A model generated the notes under the pieces. The model did no database searches and had not been told where the DNA came from. It saw only the letters and a list, made by a program, of their open reading frames with translations. Positions 37,431 to 50,314 of a stretch of 64,000 nucleotides of DNA are shown here, piece by piece. How positions within the stretch are numbered: position 1 is the first letter of the stretch; each line of letters starts with the position of its first letter. The translations under genes and the position numbers were made by a program. Source of the stretch: Vicugna vicugna (taxonomy: Eukaryota); assembly GCA_013265495.1 (NCBI GenBank), contig MU058059.1:3819502-3883501 (forward strand). Direction: 5' to 3'.

Positions 37431-37499
37431 ACCTGGCCCGGAAGTCACCCGGGTATCGGAGCTCTCAAAGAGGTGTTAAATATGTTAAGTATTTAAGTA

Positions 37500-38560
37500 A
37501 ATAAATATTTAAATAAAGATGTTTAATGTATTAAAGAATCTAGCACAACAGACAGACAATATGCATGAGCAGATGGGGAATTTTGGCAGAGAGGTAGAAA
37601 CTAAAAACAGTCAAGTCAGATAAATAACGCGTTTACACTGTGCAGCACAGGGAACTATATTCAGTATCTTGTAGTAACTTATGGTGGAAACGAACATGAA
37701 AACGAATATATGTATGTTCATGTATGACTCAAGCATTGTGCTGGACACCAGAAATTGGCACAACATCATAGACTGACGATACTTCAATAAAATATTTTTA
37801 AAAAGAGTCAGGTGAAAATGCCAGTAGTGAAAACATGACATGAGAGATCAGCAAGCTGGACACATCAGAATAAAAAATTCGTGAAAACAGGTAAATAGAA
37901 GTTCAACAAAGTGAAACACAAAGAACAAAGAGAAAAAACAATAAAGCAAAGCATACAGGGGTTGCAGAACAGGATGAGACACATAATTGGAGTGGAGACA
38001 GGAAGAGGACGGGCAGGGGGAAGATGGGAAGAGACAACGGCTGAGAAATCATTTAAACTAGACAGTCAATAAATGAGATTCAAGAAGCTCAGGGAAACTG
38101 AAATCAGGTAAATAAAAAGAAGAACATACCTAGGTACATCGTGGTCAGACTGCAGAGTACCAGAGATGGAAGAGGAGTCTGGAAGGCAGCGGGAGAATGA
38201 AGAAAACTTACAGAGAGGGGAAAAAAATGATAGCCAATTTCTCACCAGAAATTAATCAAGCCTAGGGAAAATCAAGAGGCAGCTTTAAGATATTGAAAGA
38301 AAAATCAATAAACCCTTCATCCTGTATCTAGTGAAAATGTCTCACAGACACGAAGGCAGAACAAAGACTTTTCATCAAAAGCTGAAAGAATTCGCTGCCA
38401 AGAAACATTGAAGGAGGTCTTTCAGGAGGAAAGAATAGGACAGAGAGGAACTTGGTTGTACACAGAGGAAAGAAGGGGGATGGCGTAATAAAAATAATGT
38501 TACATACAACCATAATCAGGATTTTTCTTACTTTTAATACATAGAAATAAAGTGAATGAC
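37500..38560 (+). mobile_element. Ancient L1 ORF1 fragment (L1ME-like), interrupted by a young L1 tail
   Basis: A-rich ORF1-like text (CACATAATTGGAGT...GATTCAAGAAGCTCAG...CCTGTATCTAGTGAAAATGTC...AAAGCTGAAAGAATTC). Confidence 0.7.
37615..37799 (+). mobile_element. Young L1 3'-tail (~185 bp) nested in the old L1
   Basis: ACAGGGAACTATATTCAG...ATGTATGTTCATGTATGACT...TACTTCAATAAAA. Degenerate TSD AAAAACAGTCAA (37603-37614) / AAAAAGAGTCAG (37800-37811). Confidence 0.88.
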
Positions 38561-38574
38561 AACAATAGCGTTTT

Positions 38575-38594
38575 ACACACACACACACACACAC
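38575..38594. repeat. (AC)10 microsatellite
   Basis: Read directly from the sequence. Confidence 0.95.
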
Positions 38595-38599
38595 GCTAT

Positions 38600-39415
38600 A
38601 ACGACTTAAATAAGATCCAGAATCTTGTAACATAATATCCAAAATGTCCAGGATGTAATTGAAAATCGCTCATCATACCATGAATCAGACAAATCTCAAC
38701 TTGAATGAGAAAACACATTAACAGAGGCCAACACTGAAGTGAACGAGATGGTGAAATTATCTAACAAAGATTTGAAGTAGCCATCATAAAAGTGCTTCAA
38801 CAGGCAATTATGAACATGTTTGAAATAAATAAAAAACACAGAGTCTCAGCAAAGACACAGAGGAGGAGGTACAGAGAAATAAGGAAGAAGCTACTGGAAA
38901 CCTTTGTCTAAAATATATAATAACTGAAATTAAAAACTCTACAGAGGGGTTCAGCAGAAGAACAGAGAGGCCAGGGAAGGGAATCGGTGAACTGGAAGAC
39001 AGAACGATACAAATTATCCAGTTCTAACCACGGAGAAGGAACTTTTTGTTTTGGAAAAAACAAAATGAACTGAGCCTCAGGGGTTTGTGGTACCATAACA
39101 AAAAATCGAACACTTGTATCGTGCAGTCCCAGACGAACAGAAGATAGAGAATGGGGCTGAAAGGGCTTTCAAAGAAGTAATGACTGAAATTCCCCAATTT
39201 TGGCAAAAGGCATAAACCTAAAGATTCAAGGAGCTGAGTGAATTCTGAACAATTAAAAACCAAAGAAATTCATGCCAAGACATGACATCAAACTTCTGAA
39301 AACTTTAAGAAAATATCTTGAGAGCAGCAAAGAGCAGTAACACCTTACCTACCCCGAAGACAGCGTGACTGACGGTCAGCTCCTGTCAGAACTCATGGGG
39401 TCCACAGGAAGCGTC
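38600..39415 (+). mobile_element. Second L1 ORF1 fragment (L1M4/L1MC-like)
   Basis: AAAATGTCCAGGATGTAATTG...AAAGTGCTTCAACAGGCAATTATGAAC...GGTGAACTGGAAGACAGA...GATTCAAGGAGCTGAGTGAA is the 5' half of ORF1 again. Confidence 0.75.
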
Positions 39416-39899
39416 CGGAGGCTCTCAGTGTGACTGTGTATTTGCTTTGACTTCCTGCCTCAACTGGAAAGGGAGGCGTGAGAAGTCTCACTTGCAGCGG
39501 CGGTCACCATATGTTCCTGGTCCAGCTACGGGGCCACCGTCTCTGACCTTCCAGTCGATTTTGCAGTTGGCTCAGAACCGGGTATTTACCAAAAGCCTAT
39601 TATTTTCCAGGAATGCTGTCTGAAATATAGTAGTCTCTCAACTAATGACATCTGTCATGACTGCTGTGGTCGATGTTATTATTAAAGATGATCAGCGTGT
39701 AGGGGAAAACTCCTGGCCGTGGAACTATGCCAACTGAACGACCAAGACGAGTTAGAAAGGGAGACTGTGCCCAGGGTCACACAGGAGGGTCTCAGGGTGG
39801 TCGTAAAACCTGACCAGGGTGCTTACTCCAGGATGAAACAAACACACACGCACAGGAACGCACTTTCAGTGAACTTGCAGCTTGAAACAAGTACAACGA

Positions 39900-40330
39900 G
39901 TAGAAGCTAGAACATGTCTACAAAAAGCACGGTAAACGGAAAACACGTATACTATTGCAGAGATAAGTACAAATACATCCAGTAATCACAATCACACGTC
40001 TTTAACTCACATGTTAAAAGAGAGATTGAATTTTTAAAATTCAGCTACGTGCTGATTATGTAAATGAAAATAAATGGATTTTGAAAACACTATAGAGTTT
40101 AAAAAATGAAGTTGTTTTCTAAGATGATACCATGTAGCTGTAATTTTAAAACATGGGACGGTACTGTCTGTTGTTCATGAATATATATGTAATTAAAATG
40201 TGAAAACCATAAACTAGAGGGACACTGTCCGAATCTGTGATGGTGGTTCCCTGAAGAGGAGGTGAGCAAGTTTTTACCTGGGTGTCAGAGTTGGATGCAA
40301 CTTTGTCGTCTTGTACATATTTCATTTTAG
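39900..40330 (+). mobile_element. L1ME-like 3' fragment
   Basis: AT-rich L1ME-like text (GATGATACCATGTAG...GTTCATGAATATATATGTAATTAAAATG...GATGGTGGTTCCC). Confidence 0.45.
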
Positions 40331-40489
40331 TGAAACCCAGAATGAAAAAAATGACTAAATGCTAACTTTCTGTCTTTTATGGTGAGTATTTAGATGTTTG
40401 GATATGCTTCTGCTTAAAGGAAAAAAGGAAGGAAGGAGACCTTTAGAATAAAAGCAGACAGGCCAGGCACTTGTGCGTGCCGAGTGAGG

Positions 40490-40625
40490 GGTGCTGGCTC
40501 CACTGGCACCGTGATCTTGGTGATGCTAAGACTTGGGAAGATGGCATTTTAGATTCTCATGCAAAACGGGCATAGACTTGCCCTCTGATTGCTCTGCACA
40601 TTAATGAAACCATGCACTCCATACA
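40490..40625 (+). mobile_element. MIR fragment
   Basis: GTGATCTTGG...ATTCTCATGCAAAACGGGCATAG...ATTAATGAAACCATGCAC. Confidence 0.4.
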
Positions 40626-43600
40626 AAGGACTGCTGTGCCTACTAGGAGTAAAATGAACACCAGAACAATGCAGTCAGGATCCTGCCTAGCTTGAACCGT
40701 TGTGCCAGAGCAGAGCATGCCGCACAGCACAGGGGTGTGACTCAGACAAGAGGTGCTCGTGGCTACGGAAACTTAGGAAGCTCAGGAAGGATTCTGGGAC
40801 TGTTCTGTCATCAGGCTTGCAGGGTCATATGAGGACCAAGTGACCTACCTGCAGAATCTCCTACGTCCTGTACACTAATAAAATACATGTGCAGGCTACT
40901 GCTCTGAGTGTGCGTACTGGGAGCTAAGTCCACAGCGATGGACTAGCCAGGTTCTTGATGCCGTTTTCATCTGACCGCTTGGGATTATGGCCTGGAGGAA
41001 GATTATAACGCACAGGAAGACTAGTATTTGTCTGGTGCAGAGGATCTCAAGTTAGCTAGGGACGAGTTTCTAGCTCAGTTACAGGGCAGGCCACCGGCAT
41101 CTCTGGGTTCCCAAGGAGACGCAGTTGGAAGATCACATGTAAATGAGAGCCCCCTGGGAGCTGCCTCTCGCATCTGAGCCAACTTTCCCTGGTTGAATGA
41201 CTTTCTAGAATCACGTTAAAGCCTATTCATTATTTTGATACTGAAGGCCAGCTTCCCAGACTCACCCCCCAGGAGTCCTCGCCATCAGGAGCTCTGAGAG
41301 CGGCCGGAATTGCGTCTGGCAGAGCAGGAGTGTGCGGGCCATCTGTCTCCTGAGGGCGGGACGGGGTGGGGCAGAGGCCAGCGGAAGGGTCTGTGGGGTC
41401 AGGAAACAGGGCGGCCCCCACGCCCCGCCCACGGGAGGGAGTCGGTGTCCCCTGCGCGGCTCCGGCTGCACACGTGGATAAGCGGATGCAATGCCAAAAT
41501 CACTCAGAGCAATAGCCAATTGAAAAAATGTTTCTAATGGGGTTTCAAGTGTGTTGAAGGACACGCATTCTGTTTCCTGGTGGCGTGCTCGGCACCTCTC
41601 TGAAGCTAGCACGTGTCCCTGAATTTTGGACTTCGTCTCCTTCAAGATGAGCAGGAAATGAAAATCTTGAGACCAGAATCCTGAATTAGGATTCAGCTGG
41701 CCTATTTCTCTCTCTCCTCTTTCCTTTCCCCACTAATCTAGTGGATCATTTTTAGGAAGAAATGTGCCTTAGAGTCAACCTCTCGGCCCTCGAACTGCTC
41801 CCAGGTTGGGGATAAGAGCAGTTTCCATCAGACTCAGTCCAGAAAGCGTTACCATTCAGATCACGTGGGGGATGGAGGTAGGATCTGGGACCCAGGATGG
41901 CCTGTGCTGCCCGTGTAACACTGTGAGGGCCCAGCCCGCAGCATGCGGAGAGGTGCATCATCGCATCCTCATGGCCCAGGACACCTACATCAGAGCGAGA
42001 GTCAGCTCCTAAGGGCTCTGTCTGTCTCCATCTCTGTCTCTGTGGAATGAACACCGTTGCTAAGATTTATGTCTCCCTGACGTGCAAGGCCACACTCTTA
42101 CCCCCTGCCCCCCACCAGCAAGAACGCAGGATCGACTAAATCCTGGCCAACAGTCAGCAAGAAGCTGCACAGCTCATGGACACGTTAAATGTCTTTTACT
42201 CGTCTCCCCTGCTGTGCTTTGACATGTTGGCCTCCCCAGCGGGTAAGCACTTCAAGTGGAAAGAACAAACGGGACAGGAGTGAACAGGTGAATAAAATGA
42301 ATCCTCACACATCCTTCAAAGAACCAGCATGTCTAGGGAGCATGGGTGGTCCCGGCCCCACTTGGCCAACCCGGCATCCTTGGTCCCTCTGAGAGCAACC
42401 CGCCTCCTCCCCTGGCTTCACAGGCCTGGGGCTCCTCGGAGGGCAGCACCCACAACTCCCAGTGAACCCCCCGCTGCAGGATCGTGAGGGCCTGGGGTCA
42501 CGCAGCCTGCGTTCTGAAAAGGCTGGTAAAACATCAGAAGCTTCACGGCGATATTTCCACATGCAGAGATCCGCCATCGTGAAACAATGTTCCTCCATGC
42601 CAGCATCACGCCCCCTGGGCGGTGGGGTCACTGGGGTGCACAGTTTTGATTTGGGGATTAAAAGGTCCCGATGCTTTTTGTGACTGGCTGGGTAATCCTT
42701 TGCCACACAGCCCTATTGTCCACTCAAACTCGCCGTAAATGGAGAATAAGCCCCTTCCAGGAGTTCCTGAATTTCCGCAAAGGCTCAAAAAGCTCCCTGG
42801 CAACTCGGGTCCGCTTCACATCCACGCAGGGGGATTTGCTCGGCCGGTCCCCACCCCCACCCCGTACCCTGCACACAAAAAGGCTTCTATTTTTTCCAGG
42901 GATTACACGGAGGGCAGAGAAAAGAGCAGCTGGAACACGTGACCCAGGGGTGGTGTGAGTAGCTGGCTGAGCCGGCGCTTTGAGCCTGTGGCTAATTTAC
43001 TGCCGGGGTTTCCTTTCCTGCGACTTTGAAGGAGCCGTTGTACTCCACCTCCCAAAGTCAGAACCTCCTGCGTGTCCTCGCAAGGCTCGGAGTGCCTTTT
43101 GCCCAAGAACTCCAAAGCACTTTGACTTACTCGAAATAAAATCAAATAAAAGGCATGTTTGGAGAAACCCATTGCCTGGAAGCGAAGTTTCTGATGAGGC
43201 CTGTAAGAATTTCTTCTTATTTCAGCCTCAGAGTGGCTTCCGCGCTAATGCTCAGTCCCGGGCTGGCCTGGTGGTGGTGCAGGGACGGGGAAGGCCAGGC
43301 CCCAAGTCTCAGCTCCCAGTGTCTCTCCAGGCCTTATATCTGAGCAGCCAGGCGTCCTGAGCAGAACAAGCTGGGGCTGGTCTTCCTGCCCGTCGACTGA
43401 GCAGAGCCAGTTCCTTCCTCTGTTCCTGGAGGCTCGGGGCCACCCAAGGGAATGGGGCCCTAAGAGGGTTAAACACCCAAGGAGGAGAGACGCCAACAGC
43501 AAACTACAGGGGTCCAGGGGCAAACAGCCCCGGGACGCAGGGATTTTGAACGCCTCGGCGAGTCTGTTACTTTATCTCGTCTCCAGCTGCAGTGGCAAAT

Positions 43601-45449
43601 CAGGACCACGAAGGTGCTAAGTCTCCACTCCAGTTTTAAATGGTGTGGGTCACGAGTCTGCTGACTCCCCCACGCACTCACGGACGTGGGGACTAGGAAA
43701 AATGACTTAAAAACTTGTCAGGATGCAAAAGTGCTGTAAAGTATCCTCTTAAGTAGTATCCACTTTCAAATCAGCATTTTCTGGCTCAAAACAAAGTTGA
43801 ACTTTATAATATTACAAAGACTGCTTGTACCTAGGGTTTGTGGCCATTTCACACCCTCCTCTAGCTCGGAAACAAATTTTAAATATAAGGTGATTTATCA
43901 TGTATTAAAGAAAAATGAATTTGGACATTAAATCCGGCTGAATTTGTTGTGATACTAATTGGCATTTAGTTATCATTCAGTATGCTGTGCCAGTACATTC
44001 TTCACACCTGTCAGCACTTACTCTCACCTGTCAGTTCTGGGACTGTAATTGTGATCAAGAGGAAACAGCATTGTGACAAACAGTGCACACTGTTACCTTT
44101 AACTAGGGCATTAGGACACAGCTGGGCATGTGGTTGTGGAACTTCACAGACACCCCTGATCATTCGCCTCATTCCAACCCCATCCCGTGGTCTGAAGGTG
44201 GATTTTGGACACGAGAGCTGGACCCAGAGCCCTGGTCATGTGGGGAATGGGGTTCCAGGGCCCCCAGCCCTGCACGGTTCTCCCAACAGCTGCTTGCATC
44301 TGGAAGACATTACATAGCCTCATCCTTCACGTGGGCCCATCATGTCCTCTCAGATTTGTTGTCAATTATCAACTGAGGGCAAAGGATGTTTGAAACCAAA
44401 ATGGAGAGGAAATACTTAAGAGTGAAGAAAGGGATGTGGACGGAGGGCGCCTTCCCGGCGACGGTGACCAAGACACAAGTGCTGAGCCTGCTGTGTGTCC
44501 CCTTCAGTGCAGTGGCTTTGCTGTGCCTTTTGAATCAGCTGAAGATGTAGACATTTAGCTCTCACGTATGCGAGAAGCAGCATGGCCTCATCCAAGTCGA
44601 TGTGCATTTTAAGTGGGTCTCCTCAGGTTTATGTCTCGGCCACGACGCCAGACGTCCGGCGTACCGTCATCTACGAAGGGAAATCACACACAAGAGCCAC
44701 CTCTCTGAGAAAGCGGCCTCAGAGCAGCACAGCTCTAGGGGGCCATCCTTCCTGAAGACACTGCCTGTGGTTCCCAACCCCCAATAAAGCACTGAGGGAG
44801 GGGCTGCCGAGTCTGCACCGTTCACAGAGAGGGCTGCCCCCCAACCTGGGATGGGTGACAGCCTTCCACAAGGTGGCTACGTCTGGTGTGAATCCACTCC
44901 CAGTTTCTGAAAACCTGCACCTTAGAAACTGGTGCTCGGAATGTCTCTGCCTATGTCGGGCAACAAGCTGGCTTCTGTGCTGCGAGGACGGCCCCTACCC
45001 AGCACCACTCTGCAGAAATAGAAGCTGCGTGCATCCATCAGTTGTCAGAGCCTCTCCCTGCAGTCAGGTGTGCACATGGTTCCTGTGGGCACCGGGGTGG
45101 GGAAGGGGACCAGCACGTCCCCCTTCTCAGTTGGTCAGGAGGGCAAGACACAGTGCTTCCATCCTTCACAGCAAAAAATGCAAACTCCGCTTGCAGGAGA
45201 GAGGGGGGAGAGAGGAGGCTGAGCTCATCATCACATCTTTCTTCCCCAGGCAGCTTCTGAGAACCATCTGTGGATGCGGGCAGGAAACACTGGCTGGGAG
45301 GTCCACAGCGGTGCCGGCCACGTGGCACCTGTGTAAATGTCTGTCACAGCAAGAGTGACCCCGCCGTCACCTCGACCTTGTTCAAGCACAAGCTCCCCGT
45401 CCACCTGAGCCTGTTTGGTGGCACAACTGCTTTTCCTTGTCCTTGGGAG

Positions 45450-45900
45450 GGACAGCTGAGTCTCTGTGAGCAGTGCGGCCCCGAGACCCGTCGTGCAAGC
45501 GTCACCTCAGCATCAGGAGACCTCCCGGAGGCGGGGACGCCCCACTCAGTCCGGACATGAAGGACTCGGCCTGGAAGTACCCCCGCTGGGCGCTTTCTTC
45601 TGACCCATCAGCACTTTCAGCACAAGATCCACTGTTTGTAAAGAAAGCTCAGAATCCAAGTTTAAACATCCAGAGGAGAGGAGGAGCTTTCCCAGCACCC
45701 CTGGACTCCAGCAGTTCTCCAACGCCCAGCTCAGCGTCCCCGCCCGCCCCGAGCACGTCCCACACTGACTGGCTCGCTCACTCCTGGGGAGCCTTTCAGA
45801 GAAGAGAGAAGCAGCTGCGGGGCGGGGCGGGGCGGCGCGGTGGCTGGCGGGCCAGTGGCTGCTGTTCGTGGCGGGGTGAGGGCTGCCGATGCTTGTTTTC
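45450..45900. promoter_or_regulatory. CpG-dense patch with triple overlapping GC box
   Basis: GGGGCGGGGCGGGGC at 45819-45833 (Sp/KLF sites) within CpG-rich non-repeat sequence. Confidence 0.45.
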
Positions 45901-47458
45901 CATCCAGTCTCGAAGCCTCAGGAGGTGGAGACTTTTACTACGATACACCCACGTCCACACCCACCCCTCGCGTCTTTCCCCGGCCGCACCGTTCTCTCTC
46001 CATCTCACCACGCAGTGCAGTGTGCACGTCACCTGGTCTCTGCTCTTTCTTCTGCACTAGAAGGCAAACTGTGGGCTACATTTTCCTTCGTTCCCACTCT
46101 TGGGTCGCCCGTGCCTGGAACACGGCACGTAATTGGTGTTTGGTAAGAGATGGTTGAACTGATTTGAGAAACCAGACACCGAGTAGCGTCTCACTTGCCC
46201 AGGATTGTGGAGCCGGTTGATCACACCTGGGCTTTGGACTCTGGCTGGGTGTCCCGACCGGGAGCCACACTCTTTCCTCTCACTGTCCTGACCATCAGAA
46301 GGTACTCGCGTACAGACGTTGCACTGACTCTGTTGGTGATACTCACTCTTCTCATTCCAGCTGCTCTTTGCATAATGCGGAGCGGCCCACCCCTGCCCCT
46401 TAACGGTCACCACTGTCTGCAAACAGTGACTGTTCCCTCCCGCCGTGTCCAGGGCCGCGCAGCAGGCAGTGCTCCCACCTCTCCTCGAGCATGCGTGGTT
46501 TCTCTTGGTAAAGGTGGGAGGCCCATCTCACCGTCTGGGCCTGCGGACGTAGAAGAGGCCGAAAGGAAGACCCAGTCGCTTGCACAAGGGCTTTCCCTGC
46601 TGTTCCCCCACGTCTGCCCCCATCTCTCCCCCGTCTCCTCTCCATCTGGCCAGCAGACACACGGCGGACCCAGTATCACAAATGTGCCCACGTGTTCCCT
46701 GCAAAGACGCCGTTACAGGAGCAGAGGGAGCCTGGCCGTCCCATCCGTGAGGCAGAAAGCCCGCCAGCCTCCGGCTCCTCCGGGGGCTGAAGCCAAGACT
46801 GAGCAGGCCTGTGCTGGTGGCCCGTCTTCCATGCTCAGACTTGGCAAGACCACATTCCCCGCGTGCCTTTTCATCCACGCATCCAGAGGGCATCGCCGTG
46901 GGGGGAGGGCTCCCTTGCCCAACCATCTTGGCTGAGCCAGTGTCTCCTTTGTAGGGGGGTGTCCCTCTGCCCCCGGGCCAACAGTCATGAATGGTGCCAG
47001 GAAACTGAGCAACACGAGCGTAGACGGAGACCCTGCCATTCAGTCCCAGCCCCAGGAAGCCCTGCCTCGCATGGCTTTCTGGTTCATAAGAAGGGCTGAG
47101 AGACCCTCCCTTTGCTTTCATCTCAGGATGATGCTCAGATTCTGTTGGTGACGAGATCCCTACTTACAACTTAAAAGGGCTCGTGAAAGCTGGTGGTGGT
47201 TCAAACTCAGGACGTCCTTCTTCTTTACTCACAAACATGTAGGAATGTGACACTCTCCAGTTCACACCTGAAAAGCAACCTCTCCCATTCAATCGTGTAA
47301 GATAAACACCTACTTGAACTCAGGAATGAAACGTATGTTCCAAGGACACAGTCAGAAGGACAGGGTTTTTCCTTCGGGTCTTAACACCACTGTTCCATTC
47401 CACAGGGTCTGCTGCTGGACATCCAGTCCCTTGGATTTTTTTTAACAGGTTTAAGTGG

Positions 47459-47637
47459 TTTTTAATTGAAGTATAGTCAGATTACAATGTTGCCTCAATT
47501 TCTGGGGCACAGCAGCATGTCTCAGTCATACGGACACATACACATATTCCTTTTCATGTTCTTTGTCATTATCGGTTACTGCAAAGTACTGACTATAGTT
47601 CCCTGTGCTTTACGGTGGACTTTGTTGTTTATCAATT
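47459..47637 (-). mobile_element. Young L1 3'-tail (~180 bp)
   Basis: TTTAATTGAAGTATAGTCAGATTACAATG...TATAGTTCCCTGTGC...TTGTTGTTTATC. Confidence 0.9.
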
Positions 47638-48009
47638 CCTTTGACATTTAAAAAAGAAAACATGCTTCCGTGACAAAAGTACACCCCATTCCCTATGTCA
47701 CTCATCTTTGGGGACTCAGAAGTATTTTGGCCCTACGTATATTGATAACTAAAGAAGAAGCAATGTTCAGGTCTTAAATTATCATTGAACTATATATTAT
47801 CAGAACCAGAAGGAGACAAGATTGTCTGTCTAGCTCAGGGGATTTTTAAACCTTTTTCCCTTAAACAAGACCCGCGGCAAGAGTTACATTTTAGAACCTG
47901 GGACTCACTCACGTACGGAGCTGAAAGGAGTGGTTCACAAAACAACCTGGACCCTTCCTGCAGATAGTCATCTCCTGCATTGCTTCTCTCTTCTAGTCTA
48001 TGACATTCT

Positions 48010-48083
48010 TCAAAACTGCCGCTAACTCACTAAACTGATTCCACGACCCACGAATGGGTTTTAAGCTACAGTTCGAAAGCCTG
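48010..48083. mobile_element. hAT-Charlie-type MITE terminal fragment
   Basis: CTAAACTGATTCCACGACCCACGAATGGGT...CAGTTCGAAAGCCTG resembles Charlie-family ends. Confidence 0.45.
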
Positions 48084-50314
48084 ACTCTCTTTTCCTCGCA
48101 GGGAGCAAAGCGCAGCCCAGAAGTTGTGAACTGCCCCGCGTCCCAAAGCTAGTGCAGAACTTGGGCAGATCCTGGTGTCTGACTCGGCCCCGTCTGAGTT
48201 GCGTCTCCTCCCTAGTGTGAGTCCTGGGTCCCGGGAAAAGCTGCGTCGGTTCAAGCATCGTCTTTTGAGGTTTTAAACTCCACAGCACTCAGCCATCGGC
48301 AGGTCCCAGGCCAGGTCCACGAGCTGACACCGTGTGTGCGACGTCCTTTCCTGTCCAGTGTGATGGGTCTACCTGCTGTCCCAGAGCACCCCCCCATCAG
48401 TTAGACACCCTGAAAGGCTGACCCTCCTCCTGGCAGAGCATGTTTGTATGTAGAGAGCTTTATGCCCAGAAGACTAATTTCCTCACATTTGTCTCAAAGA
48501 CGTTGACCTGCAGATCTAAGATCATCCACAGAAGAGGCGTTTCATGAGATGATGGTCTCAAGAGGGCATTCCAAGGTCAAAGTTAAACGGCTCGATACAC
48601 GCTGGCATTAATGCACTGATCAGTTAATCCGAGGTAAGCCCTGCACTCAGGGGAATGCTTGAGACATTCAGAGAGGAATCTGGACCAACAACGTCTGATA
48701 TTTTTTCTAGGTTTAAAAGCAGGAATGAGAAGTAACGGGCTTTTCTTGTACACTCTTGGTGGGTGGTTTGGAAAGGCGCCCCGGGTCCCCAGGGATGCAA
48801 GGTCAACCCTGATTTAGTCAGTGAGTTGGTACTGAGCGATGTGAAGAGCTACACCCATGTCTGTGGCGACTGCATGCAGTGTGTCAGTAGGAAATAAAAC
48901 AGGCCACATGGCTAGGAATAGAAACAGTCCCAGAGGAAAAGCCCAGCGGGACTGACAGGCAGCATGAGAACCCCAAACCGAGGGCCAGCCAGGGCTGGCT
49001 CAGACGGCACTGGTGGCCGGCCACCTGGTCCCATGGAGGTGCCTTTGCACCTTTATCCTTGGCTCCTGTGCTCCCCTGGGGCCCAGACAAGGGGGCGTGC
49101 TGCTCAGGGTCTCAGAGCCCGCTTGCCTGGCTCAGGAAGCCTGGCCCTACCCACCGCCTGACCCGTCCTTCATCCTCTGAGCCATGTCACTCGCTGCCGG
49201 AGCCTCCTTCCCACAGCAGGACCCTGGGGTGATGCGCCTGAGTGGAGGCAGAGGGGTCCGCACACCAAGACAGGGTGTGGCAGTAAGGTAGACCTTGCCC
49301 CTGTGCTCTGGTGCTAAGAGACAAGGGAACCGGCGAGAGAAAACACTTCAGAAACCAGAGCAAGAGTGATGCCGTCCTTCCGTGGGAGGGGTCGGACTGG
49401 AGAAGCCAGGCACCAAGGGGACCCAGGTTTGGGATAATAGGACCAGCGTGCTGAGGGCTCAGGCTTGGAGGAGCCCTGCGGCTATTAGAGCACATCCGAG
49501 GCCGGCCTTTGGAAGGGTGGGACAGGGCCGGAGAGTGTCAGCTGCAGTCAGGGGAGGGGCTGTCCTGGGAAGCACTGACTCCACCTTCACACACACGTGA
49601 GGACAGGGTGGGGGTGTGAACCACAGCTCCTCCTGGGGGTCTTACAGGAAAACGGGCCGTGTGCTGGGAGAGGTGCCAGGTTTGCGGTTCCACTGATGGG
49701 GCTCCAGCTGACAGCGGGTCCCCAGGCAGAGGCTCCTGTCCCCCAGCACAGCTCTCCTCGTAGCCCAGAGGTCAGGGCCTTCGCACGGGGTTGGCTGCCC
49801 CACCTCCTGCACCTCCAAGGGCGCTTTTCTAGGTCTGCCTGGTGTAAATGAAATGCCCCCCGGGCCTCGTCCCCATCGTCTACGTGGCTACTTTTTCTTA
49901 TACTGAGAGCTCTGAACTTGGCCAGGGAGGGTGTCACAAAAAAGCACGCGAGAAGGTAGCGCTGGAGCCCGCGGGACGCCTGCGCGGTGAGGACGACAGG
50001 CAGCGGGGAGCCAGGCCTCTCCTCCGTTACTCTAAACTTCAACAGTCCCTACCTTTCATGGACCCTTGGCTTTGTCATACGTGTCAAAGTCCAGCTGTAG
50101 AGACTGGAGCCCCGCAGAACATACTTGCCCAGAGCCCTGCAGATCCGGAAGCCAGCCCCAGGAAGGAGGGTGGTCCTCGAGGCGGCCTTAACCTCATCTG
50201 TGGTCCCCGTCCACAGTGGTCTCCTTCAGGCGCGTCCCCAGGGCCTGCACGGCACCTGCCCCACAGTCAGTCCTCAGTAAACATGTTCTGGAAGGAAGCG
50301 AGACAGAGGGAGGG

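Noticed and set aside
46195-47121. 246-aa and 197-aa overlapping ORFs
   Set aside because: GC-rich sequence with several frames open on both strands and no recognisable homology or exon structure.
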